This document shows positions 7,250 to 16,056 of a stretch of DNA of 32,000 nucleotides, piece after piece. The DNA is from Parasynechococcus marenigrum WH 8102 (lineage in GTDB: Bacteria; Cyanobacteriota; Cyanobacteriia; PCC-6307; Cyanobiaceae), in contig NC_005070.1 of assembly GCF_000195975.1 (NCBI RefSeq), forward strand, positions 1,050,001-1,082,000, in the 5' to 3' direction. Position numbers and translations under genes: made by a program. Below the pieces are notes generated by a model. The model saw only the letters and a program-made list of their open reading frames with translations, had not been told where the DNA came from and ran no database searches. Position 1 is the stretch's first letter. Every line of letters starts with the position of its first letter.

Positions 7250-7984
7250 ATGCTCTCCGGTTCAACACCCACCACCACTTCAACGCCTGAACAGCTGATC
7301 GACAGGCTGGCGAATGGGAGTCCCCGCCAGCGTCGTTCCCTGATCAAGTCCCTGGAATCACGGTCGGCCGATCTGGTCAGCCTTGGCTCAGATGCCCTTG
7401 CCCCGTTTGATCGGAAAGCTTCCGACTGGGCTCCAGGCTGGATCCTTCAAGTGATCAGGCGACATCAGCCTGACCACCTTGCTCAACTGTTGTCGTCCAC
7501 GCCTGAAGGATGGCTGAGCGTGGCATCTGCGATTGGTGTCGATTACATCCCGTTGCAGCAAGCCCTGCTTGATGAGGACTTCGAAACGGCCGATCGGACC
7601 ACCAGTTCCATCCTGCGTCAGCTCGCTGGTCCTGCTGCGGAAGCGAGAGGATATGTCTATTTTAGTGAGGTTCCAGCCATGGCTGGTCTCGATTTGGTGA
7701 GCCTGGATCGGTTGTGGACGGTCTATTCGCAGGGGCGCTTCGGTTTTTCCATGCAGGCCAGATTGCTGGCGGGATTGGACGGGCGTTATGAGCGGCTCTG
7801 GCCTCGGATCGGTTGGAAACTGGACGGAACCTGGACCCGCTATCCAGGTGCCTTCACCTGGACGATTGAGGCCCCTGAAGGCCACATGCCCCTGATCAAC
7901 CAACTGCGGGGGGTTCGCCTCATGGATGCGTTGCTCAATCATCCCGATCTCGTGACGCATCGAGGCTCAACGGGCCTGTCCTGA
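7250..7984 (+). CDS. GUN4-domain protein
   Basis: The C-terminal ~150 aa match the GUN4 signature: FETADRTT...YFSEVPAMAGLDLVSLDRLWTVYSQGRFGFSMQ...IGW...APEGHMP. The ATG at 7250 was chosen over the GTG at 7178. Confidence 0.8.
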   Translation: MLSGSTPTTTSTPEQLIDRLANGSPRQRRSLIKSLESRSADLVSLGSDALAPFDRKASDWAPGWILQVIRRHQPDHLAQLLSSTPEGWLSVASAIGVDYIPLQQALLDEDFETADRTTSSILRQLAGPAAEARGYVYFSEVPAMAGLDLVSLDRLWTVYSQGRFGFSMQARLLAGLDGRYERLWPRIGWKLDGTWTRYPGAFTWTIEAPEGHMPLINQLRGVRLMDALLNHPDLVTHRGSTGLS

Positions 7985-8063
7985 TCGCTGAGAACCGTTA
8001 AGTTCAGATCAGAGCTGAAGCCGCCTGGTCGTGATCCTGCAGCAGGCTTCTTCCAGTGCATCC

Positions 8064-8516
8064 ATGGGTTCTGCGTCAACGTCCCATCGGCTGTTTCGCT
8101 GGGCTGATTTCGTTTTGCCTTCGACCTTGCAGCTGTCTCCATTGTTGGAGCTGCTGATCGAGCCCGTGGGTTGTTTGATGACCTGTCAGCGGGTCGAACT
8201 GGGGCTGCATGAGGCGCTTGTGAATGCTGTGCGCCATGGCAATGCGGAGGATCCGGGCAAACGGCTGCGGGTGCGGCGCATCACAACGCCGAACTGGTTG
8301 GTGTGGCAAGTGCAGGATGAGGGCAGCGGCTTACCGCCGAATGCCCGTGCTGCCACGCTGCCTCAGCAACCTGAAGCCCTCAGTGGACGTGGCCTCTTCC
8401 TGATCCACCAGTGTTTCGATGACGTGCGCTGGAGCCGTCGGGGCAATCGTCTGCAACTCGCCTGCCGGCGGCCGCTCAATGATGCGGACAGCCCGGATCC
8501 TTCAGTTCTCCACTGA
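8064..8516 (+). CDS. RsbW-like anti-sigma regulatory factor / HATPase_c serine kinase
   Basis: N-box-like HEALVNAVRHGN and G-box-like DEGSGL...GRGLFLI, in a ~150-aa single-domain protein. Confidence 0.78.
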   Translation: MGSASTSHRLFRWADFVLPSTLQLSPLLELLIEPVGCLMTCQRVELGLHEALVNAVRHGNAEDPGKRLRVRRITTPNWLVWQVQDEGSGLPPNARAATLPQQPEALSGRGLFLIHQCFDDVRWSRRGNRLQLACRRPLNDADSPDPSVLH

Positions 8517-8730
8517 TCCAGCCCAGGGCCTGCTCCGTCAGTGCCTTGACGTCGTCTCGCTCACCATCACTGAGCAGTTTCACCAGAGCAGCACCGAGCA
8601 GTTCAGCGCCCCGTCGATCCCATCGGCTCTTCAGGCGATGCCAGCTGCGATCGTCAATGCTGAGCATGGCGTGCAGGTCGCGGCTACTGGTCAGGGCCTG
8701 CTCCGGCCAATCCGATTGCTGTCGGTCCAT
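8476..8730 (-). CDS. conserved hypothetical protein (84 aa)
   Basis: Internal ATG at 8730: MDRQQSDWPEQALTSSRDLHAMLSIDDRSWHRLKSRW...KDPGCPHH. GC3 is host-like. Its 3' end overlaps the convergent 8064..8516 gene by 41 nt. Confidence 0.55.
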   Translation of the reverse strand: MDRQQSDWPEQALTSSRDLHAMLSIDDRSWHRLKSRWDRRGAELLGAALVKLLSDGERDDVKALTEQALGWISGELKDPGCPHH

Positions 8731-8779
8731 GGGACTACCGCGATGTCTGTCTAGTTTCGTGGAAGCCAACATCCCCTGG

Positions 8780-9049
8780 ATGTCACCGCAACCACACCCC
8801 CTGGGCTGGCTCCATGCCAGCAGCCGGCTGTTGCAAGTGGGACGTGTGCAGTCTTTAGCGGTGAAAAGAGTCGGGGGTGTAGCCGCAAGGCGCGCTCAAC
8901 AGCGTCTGGAGATGGGACGTCGATTGCTCGCGTTGAAGATCGACGGGTGGACGATGACCCCTGAATCAGGTTTGAGGTTCTGGCGAGCACTGCGTTGGGG
9001 AGGGATCGGGTTCAGCCTTGCCTGGCTGCTGAGCCACTGGTTGTCCTGA
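8780..9049 (+). CDS. hypothetical protein with a C-terminal TM helix (89 aa)
   Basis: Internal ATG of the 8546..9049 track ORF: MSPQPHPLGWLH...GGIGFSLAWLLSHWLS. Roughly 65% GC3 by hand count. It fills an otherwise empty gap. Confidence 0.4.
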   Translation: MSPQPHPLGWLHASSRLLQVGRVQSLAVKRVGGVAARRAQQRLEMGRRLLALKIDGWTMTPESGLRFWRALRWGGIGFSLAWLLSHWLS

Positions 9050-9062
9050 TGCCGCGGGAGGA

Positions 9063-9386
9063 TCAGGCCGCAACCTTGGAAGAATCCTGGCCAACGACCA
9101 CCAGAGAGACCAAGGTCTCGCTTGATCTGGTTTGTGGTGAAGATGTCGGCCGATCCGCCGGTTGCGTGAGTTCTTGACCACGCAGCCAGGCGTGGTGAAG
9201 AGCCCGACGACGACGATCTTCGGAGAGAACCAAGCGATCGGCAGCGCTTTGGGGACTTTCCCCAGGAAGCACGGCTGTGCGCAGCCGAATGCCAAAGCCA
9301 TTGGCTTCGACTTGAACGTGACCTTCCATCAGAACGACCTGGAAGTTCCAGCCCTGGAGCCAGCGGAGTCGGAAGGGATTGGTCAT
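9063..9386 (-). CDS. conserved hypothetical protein (107 aa)
   Basis: Internal ATG at 9386: MTNPFRLRWLQGWNFQVVLMEGHVQVEANGFGIRL.... No motif recognised. Confidence 0.5.
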   Translation of the reverse strand: MTNPFRLRWLQGWNFQVVLMEGHVQVEANGFGIRLRTAVLPGESPQSAADRLVLSEDRRRRALHHAWLRGQELTQPADRPTSSPQTRSSETLVSLVVVGQDSSKVAA

Positions 9387-9461
9387 GGGCGTCCCTTTCG
9401 GCAACAAGTACACCCTATGGCCATGGCGCCATCGTGCAAGGGAGGGTGTCAGCGAATGCGT

Positions 9462-10535
9462 TCAGGTGGATGGCTGAGCAGGTTTCCTGGCACTCCAAAC
9501 CCGGGTCATGAAATGGGTTTCAGCGGTCACGGCCTCAAAACCGGCCTGGATCAGACGGGCATCGATGTCGTCTGCGATGTAGTCGCGGTAGTACGGCTCA
9601 TGGAATACGCGGCGGAAGTTGTCCATCGCCACATGGAATTGCGGTGAATCAGCCAGCTGAACGGAATCAGCAAGCACGAACACACCACCATGTTCGAGCA
9701 CACGCCAGGCTTCGTTGATCACGTTCTGGCGCGCCTCAGCAGGCAGCTCGTGCAGGAGGAAGACGCAGGTCACTCCTTGCAATCCTCCATCAGCCAATGG
9801 AAGTATTTCCCCATTGGCGCGAATCAGCTGCACCAGAGGAGACTGGCCAGTGTTGAGCCAGCGGTTCGCCTGGCGAAGGTAGGCCTCAGAAAGGTCGGCC
9901 CCGATGAGTTCGGCATGGGGAAGGGCACCGCGAACCTGATGGAGGGTTCGACCGGTTCCGGTGGCGATGTCGAGCACCCGCAGAGACGACGGACTGCGAT
10001 CGGAAAAATGCTTGAGGCCCCGTTTCAGCGGTGCCAGTACCCGTCGACGCATCGCATCAGCGGTGCCATTAAACAGAATTTCGACCTGGAGGTCGTAGAG
10101 ACCTGCGGAGTGGTCGCTGAGGTATCCATCGGTTTGATGATGGAAATTCTGCAGGTAGTAGTCGGGAAACAGGCTGCGATCGGTGTCCTTGGGGAGATCG
10201 CGAACATTGCGCTCCTTGCGGCGATTCCAGGTGGACGGCAGATCAAGCCAGACCAGGGGATAGCGGCTGGCCCAGTCCAGCCAGGGAGCATCAAACAACT
10301 GGGATTCCGGATAGGTCCCCTGTTGCGCTTCATCCCAGTCGCGTTCCTCCAGCTGAGCCATGGAGCTGCGCAGGTCCTTCAGCAGATCTGGGGGAACGCT
10401 CCCGGTGCTAGGAACGGCTTCGGGGGCCAGCAGCTCCATCAGCTTGGTGCTGAGCTCCTTATGAGCGAGACCTGCGATTCCCTTGCCCTGTTGCAGGGTC
10501 TTGTAGGCCAGCTTGCTGAAGGGCGTGGTCGCCAT
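9462..10535 (-). CDS. class I SAM-dependent methyltransferase
   Basis: SAM-binding motif I VLDIATGTGR, an acidic loop IGADLS, and a post-I region VTCVFLLHELP...LEHGGVFVLAD. Confidence 0.85.
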   Translation of the reverse strand: MATTPFSKLAYKTLQQGKGIAGLAHKELSTKLMELLAPEAVPSTGSVPPDLLKDLRSSMAQLEERDWDEAQQGTYPESQLFDAPWLDWASRYPLVWLDLPSTWNRRKERNVRDLPKDTDRSLFPDYYLQNFHHQTDGYLSDHSAGLYDLQVEILFNGTADAMRRRVLAPLKRGLKHFSDRSPSSLRVLDIATGTGRTLHQVRGALPHAELIGADLSEAYLRQANRWLNTGQSPLVQLIRANGEILPLADGGLQGVTCVFLLHELPAEARQNVINEAWRVLEHGGVFVLADSVQLADSPQFHVAMDNFRRVFHEPYYRDYIADDIDARLIQAGFEAVTAETHFMTRVWSARKPAQPST

Positions 10536-10600
10536 TCCATTGATGCACCAAGCGGTTATTCCAGCGAATGCGTCGCCAAACCGCGTCTCCCTTGATCCAC

Positions 10601-10627
10601 AAAAAAACCCGCCTCCGTGGAGGCGGG
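10601..10627 (-). terminator. rho-independent terminator of glnA
   Basis: Minus strand reads CCCGCCTC-CACG-GAGGCGGG followed by TTTTTTT: an 8-bp GC stem with a tetraloop, 24 nt after the glnA stop. Confidence 0.85.
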
Positions 10628-10650
10628 CCGATCAACACCCAATTTTTGGA

Positions 10651-12072
10651 TCAGGCGTCGTAGTACATCGCGAACTCGTGGGGATGAGGGCGCTGACGGA
10701 GTTGCTGGACTTCTTCGTATTTGAGATCGATCCAGTTGTCGATGAAATCGTCGCTGAAGACGCCGCCAGTAGTGAGGAAGCCACGATCGGCATTCAGAGC
10801 TTCCAGGGCACCATTCAGGGATGGGGGCACCGTGGCGATCTTCGCTAGCTCTTCAGCAGGAAGTTCAAACAGATCACGGTCTTCACCATCGCCGGGGTCA
10901 ATCTGGTTTTTGATGCCATCCAGGCCCGCCATCACCATGGCGCTGAAGGCCAGATAAGGATTGGCCAGGGCATCACCGGAACGGAATTCGAGGCGCTTGG
11001 CCTTGGGGCTGGGGCCGGTGAGAGGGATGCGAACCGCAGCAGAGCGGTTGCCTTCGGAATAGACGAGGTTCACCGGTGCTTCAAAACCAGGCACCAGGCG
11101 CTTGTAGCTGTTGGTGGTGGGGTTGGTGAAGGCCAGGAATGCCGGAGCATGCTTCAGGATTCCGCCGATGTACCAACGCGCGGTCTGCGACAGATTGGCA
11201 TAGGTGCCTTCACCGAAGAACAGCGGCTGGCCACCCTTCCACAGGCTCTGGTGGACGTGCATGCCGGAGCCGTTGTCGTTGAAGACCGGCTTGGGCATGA
11301 AGGTGGCTGTCTTGCCGTACTTCTTCGCCACGTTGCGCACGACGTACTTGTACGTCATGACGTTGTCCGCAGCCTGGATCAGTTCGGCGAATTTCATGCC
11401 GAGCTCGTGCTGTCCGGCACCGGCCACCTCGTGGTGGTGCTTTTCGGTGGGGATCCCCAGCTGGCCCATCAACAGGAGCATCTCTGAGCGGATGTCCTGA
11501 GCGGTGTCGTTGGGGGCGACGGGGAAATACCCCTCTTTCAGCTGAATTTTGTAAGCCAGGTTTCCACCCTCTTCCAGGCGCCCGGTGTTCCAGGAAGCTT
11601 CGATGGTGTCGACGCTGTAAAACGCCCCGCCTTCGCTGGAGTTGTAGCGAACGTCGTCGAAAAGAAAGAACTCGGGCTCTGGCCCGAAGAAGGCCGTGTC
11701 GGCCAGGCCGGTGGAGCTCAGGTGGTTCAAAGCTCGTTGGGCCAGTGCACGGGGGCAGCGGTCGTAGGCCTCACCACTGCGCGGCTCCTGAATGGAGCAG
11801 ATCATGCTCAGGGTTTTGTGGCGGTAGAACGGATCGATCCAGGCCGTGCTGGCATCGGGAACCATCGCCATGTCGGAGGCGTTGATCGATTTCCAGCCGC
11901 GGATGGAGGAACCGTCAAATGCCAGTCCTTCGGTAAAGGAGTCCTCCTCCAGCAGATCGGTGCACACCGTCAGGTGTTGCCACTTGCCGTGGAGATCGGT
12001 GAACTTCAGGTCGATCAGCTCAATGCCTTCGTCCTTGATCTGTCGAAGGACGTCCTGAGGGGTTTTGGCCAT
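10651..12072 (-). CDS. glnA: glutamine synthetase type I
   Basis: 473 aa. [33 protein letters not shown]..., with ...[21 protein letters not shown]... and ...NRSAAVRIP... signature blocks. Confidence 0.97.
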   Translation of the reverse strand: MAKTPQDVLRQIKDEGIELIDLKFTDLHGKWQHLTVCTDLLEEDSFTEGLAFDGSSIRGWKSINASDMAMVPDASTAWIDPFYRHKTLSMICSIQEPRSGEAYDRCPRALAQRALNHLSSTGLADTAFFGPEPEFFLFDDVRYNSSEGGAFYSVDTIEASWNTGRLEEGGNLAYKIQLKEGYFPVAPNDTAQDIRSEMLLLMGQLGIPTEKHHHEVAGAGQHELGMKFAELIQAADNVMTYKYVVRNVAKKYGKTATFMPKPVFNDNGSGMHVHQSLWKGGQPLFFGEGTYANLSQTARWYIGGILKHAPAFLAFTNPTTNSYKRLVPGFEAPVNLVYSEGNRSAAVRIPLTGPSPKAKRLEFRSGDALANPYLAFSAMVMAGLDGIKNQIDPGDGEDRDLFELPAEELAKIATVPPSLNGALEALNADRGFLTTGGVFSDDFIDNWIDLKYEEVQQLRQRPHPHEFAMYYDA

Positions 12073-12104
12073 GGAGCTTGAACCGAAAAGGAGTGATAAG
12101 AACG

Positions 12105-12146
12105 ACCGTAAGGAGCCGTTATGCCCTGTTTTGTATCAACGCGCAC
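12105..12146 (-). promoter_or_regulatory. NtcA-type (class II) promoter of glnA: GTG-N8-TAC, N22, TACGGT
   Basis: Minus strand reads GTGCGCGTTGATAC (12146-12133), then exactly 22 nt, then TACGGT (12110-12105). This fits the published GTA-N8-TAC-N22-TAN3T architecture with one half-site mismatch. It lies about 33 nt upstream of the ATG. Confidence 0.6.
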
Positions 12147-12160
12147 ATTTTTTAATGTGC
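12143..12160. repeat. perfect 7-bp palindrome GCACATT-TTTT-AATGTGC overlapping the distal NtcA half-site
   Basis: GCACATT (12143-12149) and AATGTGC (12154-12160) are exact reverse complements with a 4-nt spacer. Confidence 0.6.
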
Positions 12161-12293
12161 CTTTGTTGGTTCAGGGACCTGTTGTCACTCTCGTAACCGT
12201 TTCTGTCAACTTCCCTGAATCACAGGCCTGAAGCGGGTTCTCAGCCTTGAAGCAGTGTTACCTTCAGCCAGGGTTGTCTTGAGACTCCAGAGC

Positions 12294-12818
12294 ATGCGCG
12301 ACGCCATCGGCGGACTGATCGGCCGTTACGACCAATTGGGTCGGTATCTGGACCGCTCGGCGATCGACAGCATCGAAAAGTACCTCGATGAATCGTCCCT
12401 GCGGATCCAGGCCGTGGAGCTCATCAACCGGGAAGCGGCTGAAATCGTGCGGGAGGCAAGTCAGCGGCTGTTCCGTGATGAGCCGGAACTTCTCCTCCCT
12501 GGTGGGAATGCCTACACCACCAGACGCCTCGCGGCCTGTCTGCGGGATATGGACTATTTCCTCCGCTATGCCAGTTACGCACTGGTTGCGGCAGACAGCA
12601 CAATTTTGAACGAAAGGGTGCTCAACGGTCTGGACGACACCTACAAAAGCTTGGGCGTGCCCACGGGGCCAACCGTTCGCAGCATCATCCTCTTGGGTGA
12701 AGTGATCGTTGAGCGCCTTCAGGCCGCAGGAGTTGAATCAGCTCGGCTGGCGGTTGTTGCTGCACCCTTTGATCACATGGCCCGTGGTCTTGCTGAAACG
12801 AATGTTCGGCAGCGCTGA
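12294..12818 (+). CDS. phycobiliprotein-family protein (allophycocyanin-like paralog)
   Basis: 174 aa from the ATG at 12294. MRDAIGGLIGRYDQLGRYLD... has a globin-like phycobiliprotein N-terminus. RRLAACLRDMDYFLRYASYALVAAD contains Cys82 (12537-12539) at the canonical bilin-attachment position. Confidence 0.82.
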   Translation: MRDAIGGLIGRYDQLGRYLDRSAIDSIEKYLDESSLRIQAVELINREAAEIVREASQRLFRDEPELLLPGGNAYTTRRLAACLRDMDYFLRYASYALVAADSTILNERVLNGLDDTYKSLGVPTGPTVRSIILLGEVIVERLQAAGVESARLAVVAAPFDHMARGLAETNVRQR

Positions 12819-12913
12819 GCACGGCGTGATTCCTCCGTTGCAATCGGCCTGAATAGGCTCCAAAGCGGAGACTCGACTGCGTAGGCTCCCAGCATTGATC
12901 GACCATCCAGGCC

Positions 12914-14098
12914 TTGGCGGTGACGAATTCCTTGCTCCCAGTCAAAGACGCGCACCGCCAAGCCTTTAACGCAATCAACACGCCCGATCGCCTGTTGCTG
13001 GGGCCCGGTCCCTCCAATGCCCATCCGACGGTTCTTGAGGCCCTGTCCCGCACACCGATCGGTCACCTTGATCCGCTGTACGTGGAGTTGATGGGTGAAG
13101 TTCAGGAGTTGCTGCGTTACGCCTGGCAGACCGACAACCGACTGACCCTTCCGATGAGTGGCACCGGTAGTGCTGCCATGGAAGCCACTCTGGCTAACAC
13201 CGTCGAACCCGGTGACACCGTGCTGGTGGCTGTCAAGGGATATTTCGGTTTGAGGCTCGCCGATATGGCGGGTCGCTACCGAGCCACGGTGAAAACCATT
13301 GAAAAGCCATGGGGCGAGTGGTTCTCCCTCGAGGAGCTGGAAGCAGCGCTGATTGAGCACAAACCCGCGATCCTGGCCCTTGTGCACGCCGAAACGTCAA
13401 CCGGCGTTTGCCAACCCATGGACGGCGTTGGTGATCTTTGCCGCAAGCACGATTGCCTGCTTCTGCTGGACACGGTGACCTCCCTCGGCGGCGTTCCTCT
13501 TTATATCGATGAGTGGAAGGTTGATCTGGCCTACAGCTGCAGTCAGAAAGGTCTCAGTTGCCCTCCCGGACTCGGACCCTTCACGATGGGGCCCAGGGCC
13601 GAGGCGAAAATGGCCACTCGCAGCGGCAAAGTTCCCAATTGGTATCTCGATGTATCTCTACTGAATCAGTACTGGGGAAGTGATCGTGTGTACCACCACA
13701 CGGCACCTGTGAACATGAATTTCGGCATGCGTGAGGCTCTGCGTCTGTTGGCGGAGGAAGGTTTGGACCAGGCCTGGGCGCGCCACCGCCGCAATGCTGA
13801 GCGTCTCTGGAGTGGTCTTGAACGTCAGGGGCTTTCCATGCACGTTCCTGAGGAGCTTCGACTCCCCACCCTCACCACTGTTCGGATTCCAGATGGCGTT
13901 GACGGCAAAGCCTTCAGTCAGCACCTGCTCAACACCCATGGCATTGAAGTCGGCGGTGGACTCGGCTCCCTCGCCGGCAAGATCTGGCGCATTGGTCTGA
14001 TGGGTTACAACTCCACCCCTGAGAACGTGGACCGGCTGCTCAACCTGTTTGAGACCGAGCTTCCCCGTTTCAGCGGTTCCGTCGCCGCCGCTGCCTGA
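12914..14098 (+). CDS. class V aminotransferase (serine-pyruvate / alanine-glyoxylate aminotransferase family)
   Basis: LLLGPGPSNAHPTVLEAL...GHLDP...ETSTGV...DTVTSLGG...SQKGLSCPPG (PLP-lysine context). The start is TTG at 12914 or GTG at 12920; there is no nearby ATG. Confidence 0.88.
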   Translation: MAVTNSLLPVKDAHRQAFNAINTPDRLLLGPGPSNAHPTVLEALSRTPIGHLDPLYVELMGEVQELLRYAWQTDNRLTLPMSGTGSAAMEATLANTVEPGDTVLVAVKGYFGLRLADMAGRYRATVKTIEKPWGEWFSLEELEAALIEHKPAILALVHAETSTGVCQPMDGVGDLCRKHDCLLLLDTVTSLGGVPLYIDEWKVDLAYSCSQKGLSCPPGLGPFTMGPRAEAKMATRSGKVPNWYLDVSLLNQYWGSDRVYHHTAPVNMNFGMREALRLLAEEGLDQAWARHRRNAERLWSGLERQGLSMHVPEELRLPTLTTVRIPDGVDGKAFSQHLLNTHGIEVGGGLGSLAGKIWRIGLMGYNSTPENVDRLLNLFETELPRFSGSVAAAA

Positions 14099-14579
14099 AC
14101 CAGATCTCCAGCTGTTCAGCGGCTCTTTCCTGCATCAGTGGCCCCACCACACGCATGTGGTGGTGGGCACTGGGATCGTCCGCCAGGTTGATGCAGCCCC
14201 CCAACCCGCCCCGTTTCCTGTCGGTAGCTCCAAAGATCACGGTTCCCATCCGTGCCTGCACCAGAGCCCCAGCACACATCGGACACGGCTCGAGGGTGAC
14301 CAGAAGGGTGCAGGGATTGAAGCGCCAGTCACCACGGATGGTGGCGGCTTGACTCAGGGCCACCAATTCCGCATGGCCGAGGGGGTCCTGGCAGCGCTCA
14401 CGTCGGTTGCGTCCGTGGCCGATGCACCGCCCTTGCTCGTCAAGGATGACGGCCGCAACTGGCACTTCGCCGCTGTCTCCATTGACGGAGGCTCGCGCCA
14501 GCAGCACTTCCATCCATTCTGTCCAGAGCTGTTGTTCCTCCACCCCCTCCGTTGCCCCTCGCTTTGAGCACCTTCCCAC
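14070..14579 (-). CDS. tadA: tRNA adenosine(34) deaminase
   Basis: CDA-fold zinc motifs HAELVAL and TLEPCPMCAGAL, preceded by GEVPVAAVI. The start is GTG at 14579 or ATG at 14513. Confidence 0.85.
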   Translation of the reverse strand: MGRCSKRGATEGVEEQQLWTEWMEVLLARASVNGDSGEVPVAAVILDEQGRCIGHGRNRRERCQDPLGHAELVALSQAATIRGDWRFNPCTLLVTLEPCPMCAGALVQARMGTVIFGATDRKRGGLGGCINLADDPSAHHHMRVVGPLMQERAAEQLEIWFRQRRRRNR

Positions 14580-16021
14580 GAGACGCGAGGATCAACGCAG
14601 TTCCACCACAGCCGGTGCACGCCTCCACCGATCTCCGGCCTGACCTGCACCGCTTGGACCCCTTCGCTTCGCCTGATCAAGCGGATCCAGTGCTACGGGA
14701 CTTCCTCCATCGGGCCAGTGATCTGCTCTGCGACTGGATCGGTACGGCGTCCAAAGGGGTGCCCTTGCCGACCGTGCGCCCGCAGCCGGCCGTCGCCCCC
14801 ACCGCGGCAGGCCTCGGCATGGACCGGTTGCTCAAGGATCTGCAGCTTGTGATGGAGGGTGCCTATCAGCCGTCCCATCCCGGAGCTCTGGCCCATCTCG
14901 ATCCACCGCCGCTCACGGCATCGATCGCCGCCGACCTGATCTGTGCCGGGCTTAACAACAACCTGCTGGCGGAGGAACTGTCCCCAGGGCTCACCGACCT
15001 CGAACAGCAGCTCTGCAGTTGGTTCTGTCAGCGACTGGGACTGCCGGATCAAAGCGGTGGTGTGCTCGCCAGCGGCGGCACCCTCAGCAACCTGATGGGG
15101 TTGGTGGTGGCCCGTACCCATGCCGGAGTTCGCGATGGCGTCGTGCTCTGCAGCCGTGATGCCCACGTTTCGCTTCAGAAGGCAGCCACTGTGATGGGGT
15201 TGCCGGATCAGGCTCTCCAGCAGCTTCCGGTGGACAGCGATGGTGGCCTGGACCTGGCAGCTTTGGATGCAGCCCTGTCAGCTCTGCGGCGCGATGGCCG
15301 ATGCTGTCTGGCGGTTGTGGCGACGGCTGGCACCACTGTGCGAGGTGCGGTGGATCCGCTAGATGCGATCGCCAGGCTTTGCCGCCGTGAACGGGTCTGG
15401 TTGCATGTGGATGCCGCAATCGGTGGCGTTTTTGCCCTCTGGGAGCCCTTGGCGCCCTTGATGGAGGGGCTGCATCAGGCGGACTCGATCACGCTCAATC
15501 CGCAGAAGCTTCTGGGGATCACCAAAACCTCGTCCATGCTCCTCTTGCGGGACCGTTCCAAGCTGCGGGATGCCTTTTCCACCGGGCTTCCGTACATGGA
15601 GTCGCCCTGCAGTGTTGATCATGGTGGCGAAGTGGGCCTGCAAGGGACCCGACCGGCAGAGGTGCTCAAGCTCTGGCTGGGTCTGCGGCAACTCGGCATC
15701 GAGGGCATTGGTGCTGTCCTCGAGTCCGCCCTCGAGCGAAAGGCGGTGTTGAAACGGCTGTTGGCAGATGATCGCCTCCTGGTGCTGGATGGCGGCCTTC
15801 ATCTGCTGGCCCTGCGCCCCCGGCAGGACGATCCCGCTGGGTCCGCCAGTTGGACCGAGCAGACACGCCAGCTGCTGATGCGCGAGGGCTTTCTCCTGTC
15901 CCGCCCCAGCTACGACGGCCATTACTGGCTGAAGGTGGTTCTGGGTAATCCCCACACCACCAGCTCACACCTGCAGCAATTGGCTGGGTTGATCAGCCAG
16001 CAGCTGCAGCTGACCCATTGA
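14552..16021 (+). CDS. pyridoxal-dependent (group II) amino-acid decarboxylase family protein
   Basis: HPGALAHLDPPP, SGGTLSNLMGLVVAR, HVDAAIGG and TLNPQK (PLP lysine) blocks. The start is uncertain: TTG at 14552 in the track, or an in-frame GTG near 14612. Confidence 0.85.
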   Translation: MPLALSTFPRDARINAVPPQPVHASTDLRPDLHRLDPFASPDQADPVLRDFLHRASDLLCDWIGTASKGVPLPTVRPQPAVAPTAAGLGMDRLLKDLQLVMEGAYQPSHPGALAHLDPPPLTASIAADLICAGLNNNLLAEELSPGLTDLEQQLCSWFCQRLGLPDQSGGVLASGGTLSNLMGLVVARTHAGVRDGVVLCSRDAHVSLQKAATVMGLPDQALQQLPVDSDGGLDLAALDAALSALRRDGRCCLAVVATAGTTVRGAVDPLDAIARLCRRERVWLHVDAAIGGVFALWEPLAPLMEGLHQADSITLNPQKLLGITKTSSMLLLRDRSKLRDAFSTGLPYMESPCSVDHGGEVGLQGTRPAEVLKLWLGLRQLGIEGIGAVLESALERKAVLKRLLADDRLLVLDGGLHLLALRPRQDDPAGSASWTEQTRQLLMREGFLLSRPSYDGHYWLKVVLGNPHTTSSHLQQLAGLISQQLQLTH

Positions 16022-16056
16022 TCCCACAGAATCCTGTTACTTAGTTGTCGTCGCCC

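Noticed and set aside
9423-9432. 10-bp palindrome ATGGCGCCAT in the intergenic region between the methyltransferase and the 107-aa gene
   Set aside because: It is short, isolated and GC-rich, so it could occur by chance in 32 kb of high-GC DNA. It has no flanking half-site repeats.
12819-12913. Riboswitch (for example glycine) upstream of the alanine-glyoxylate-type aminotransferase
   Set aside because: Only short 4-5 bp hairpins are present (GCCT-gaat-AGGC, CTCCG...CGGAG). None of the conserved glycine-riboswitch core sequences I remember occurs.
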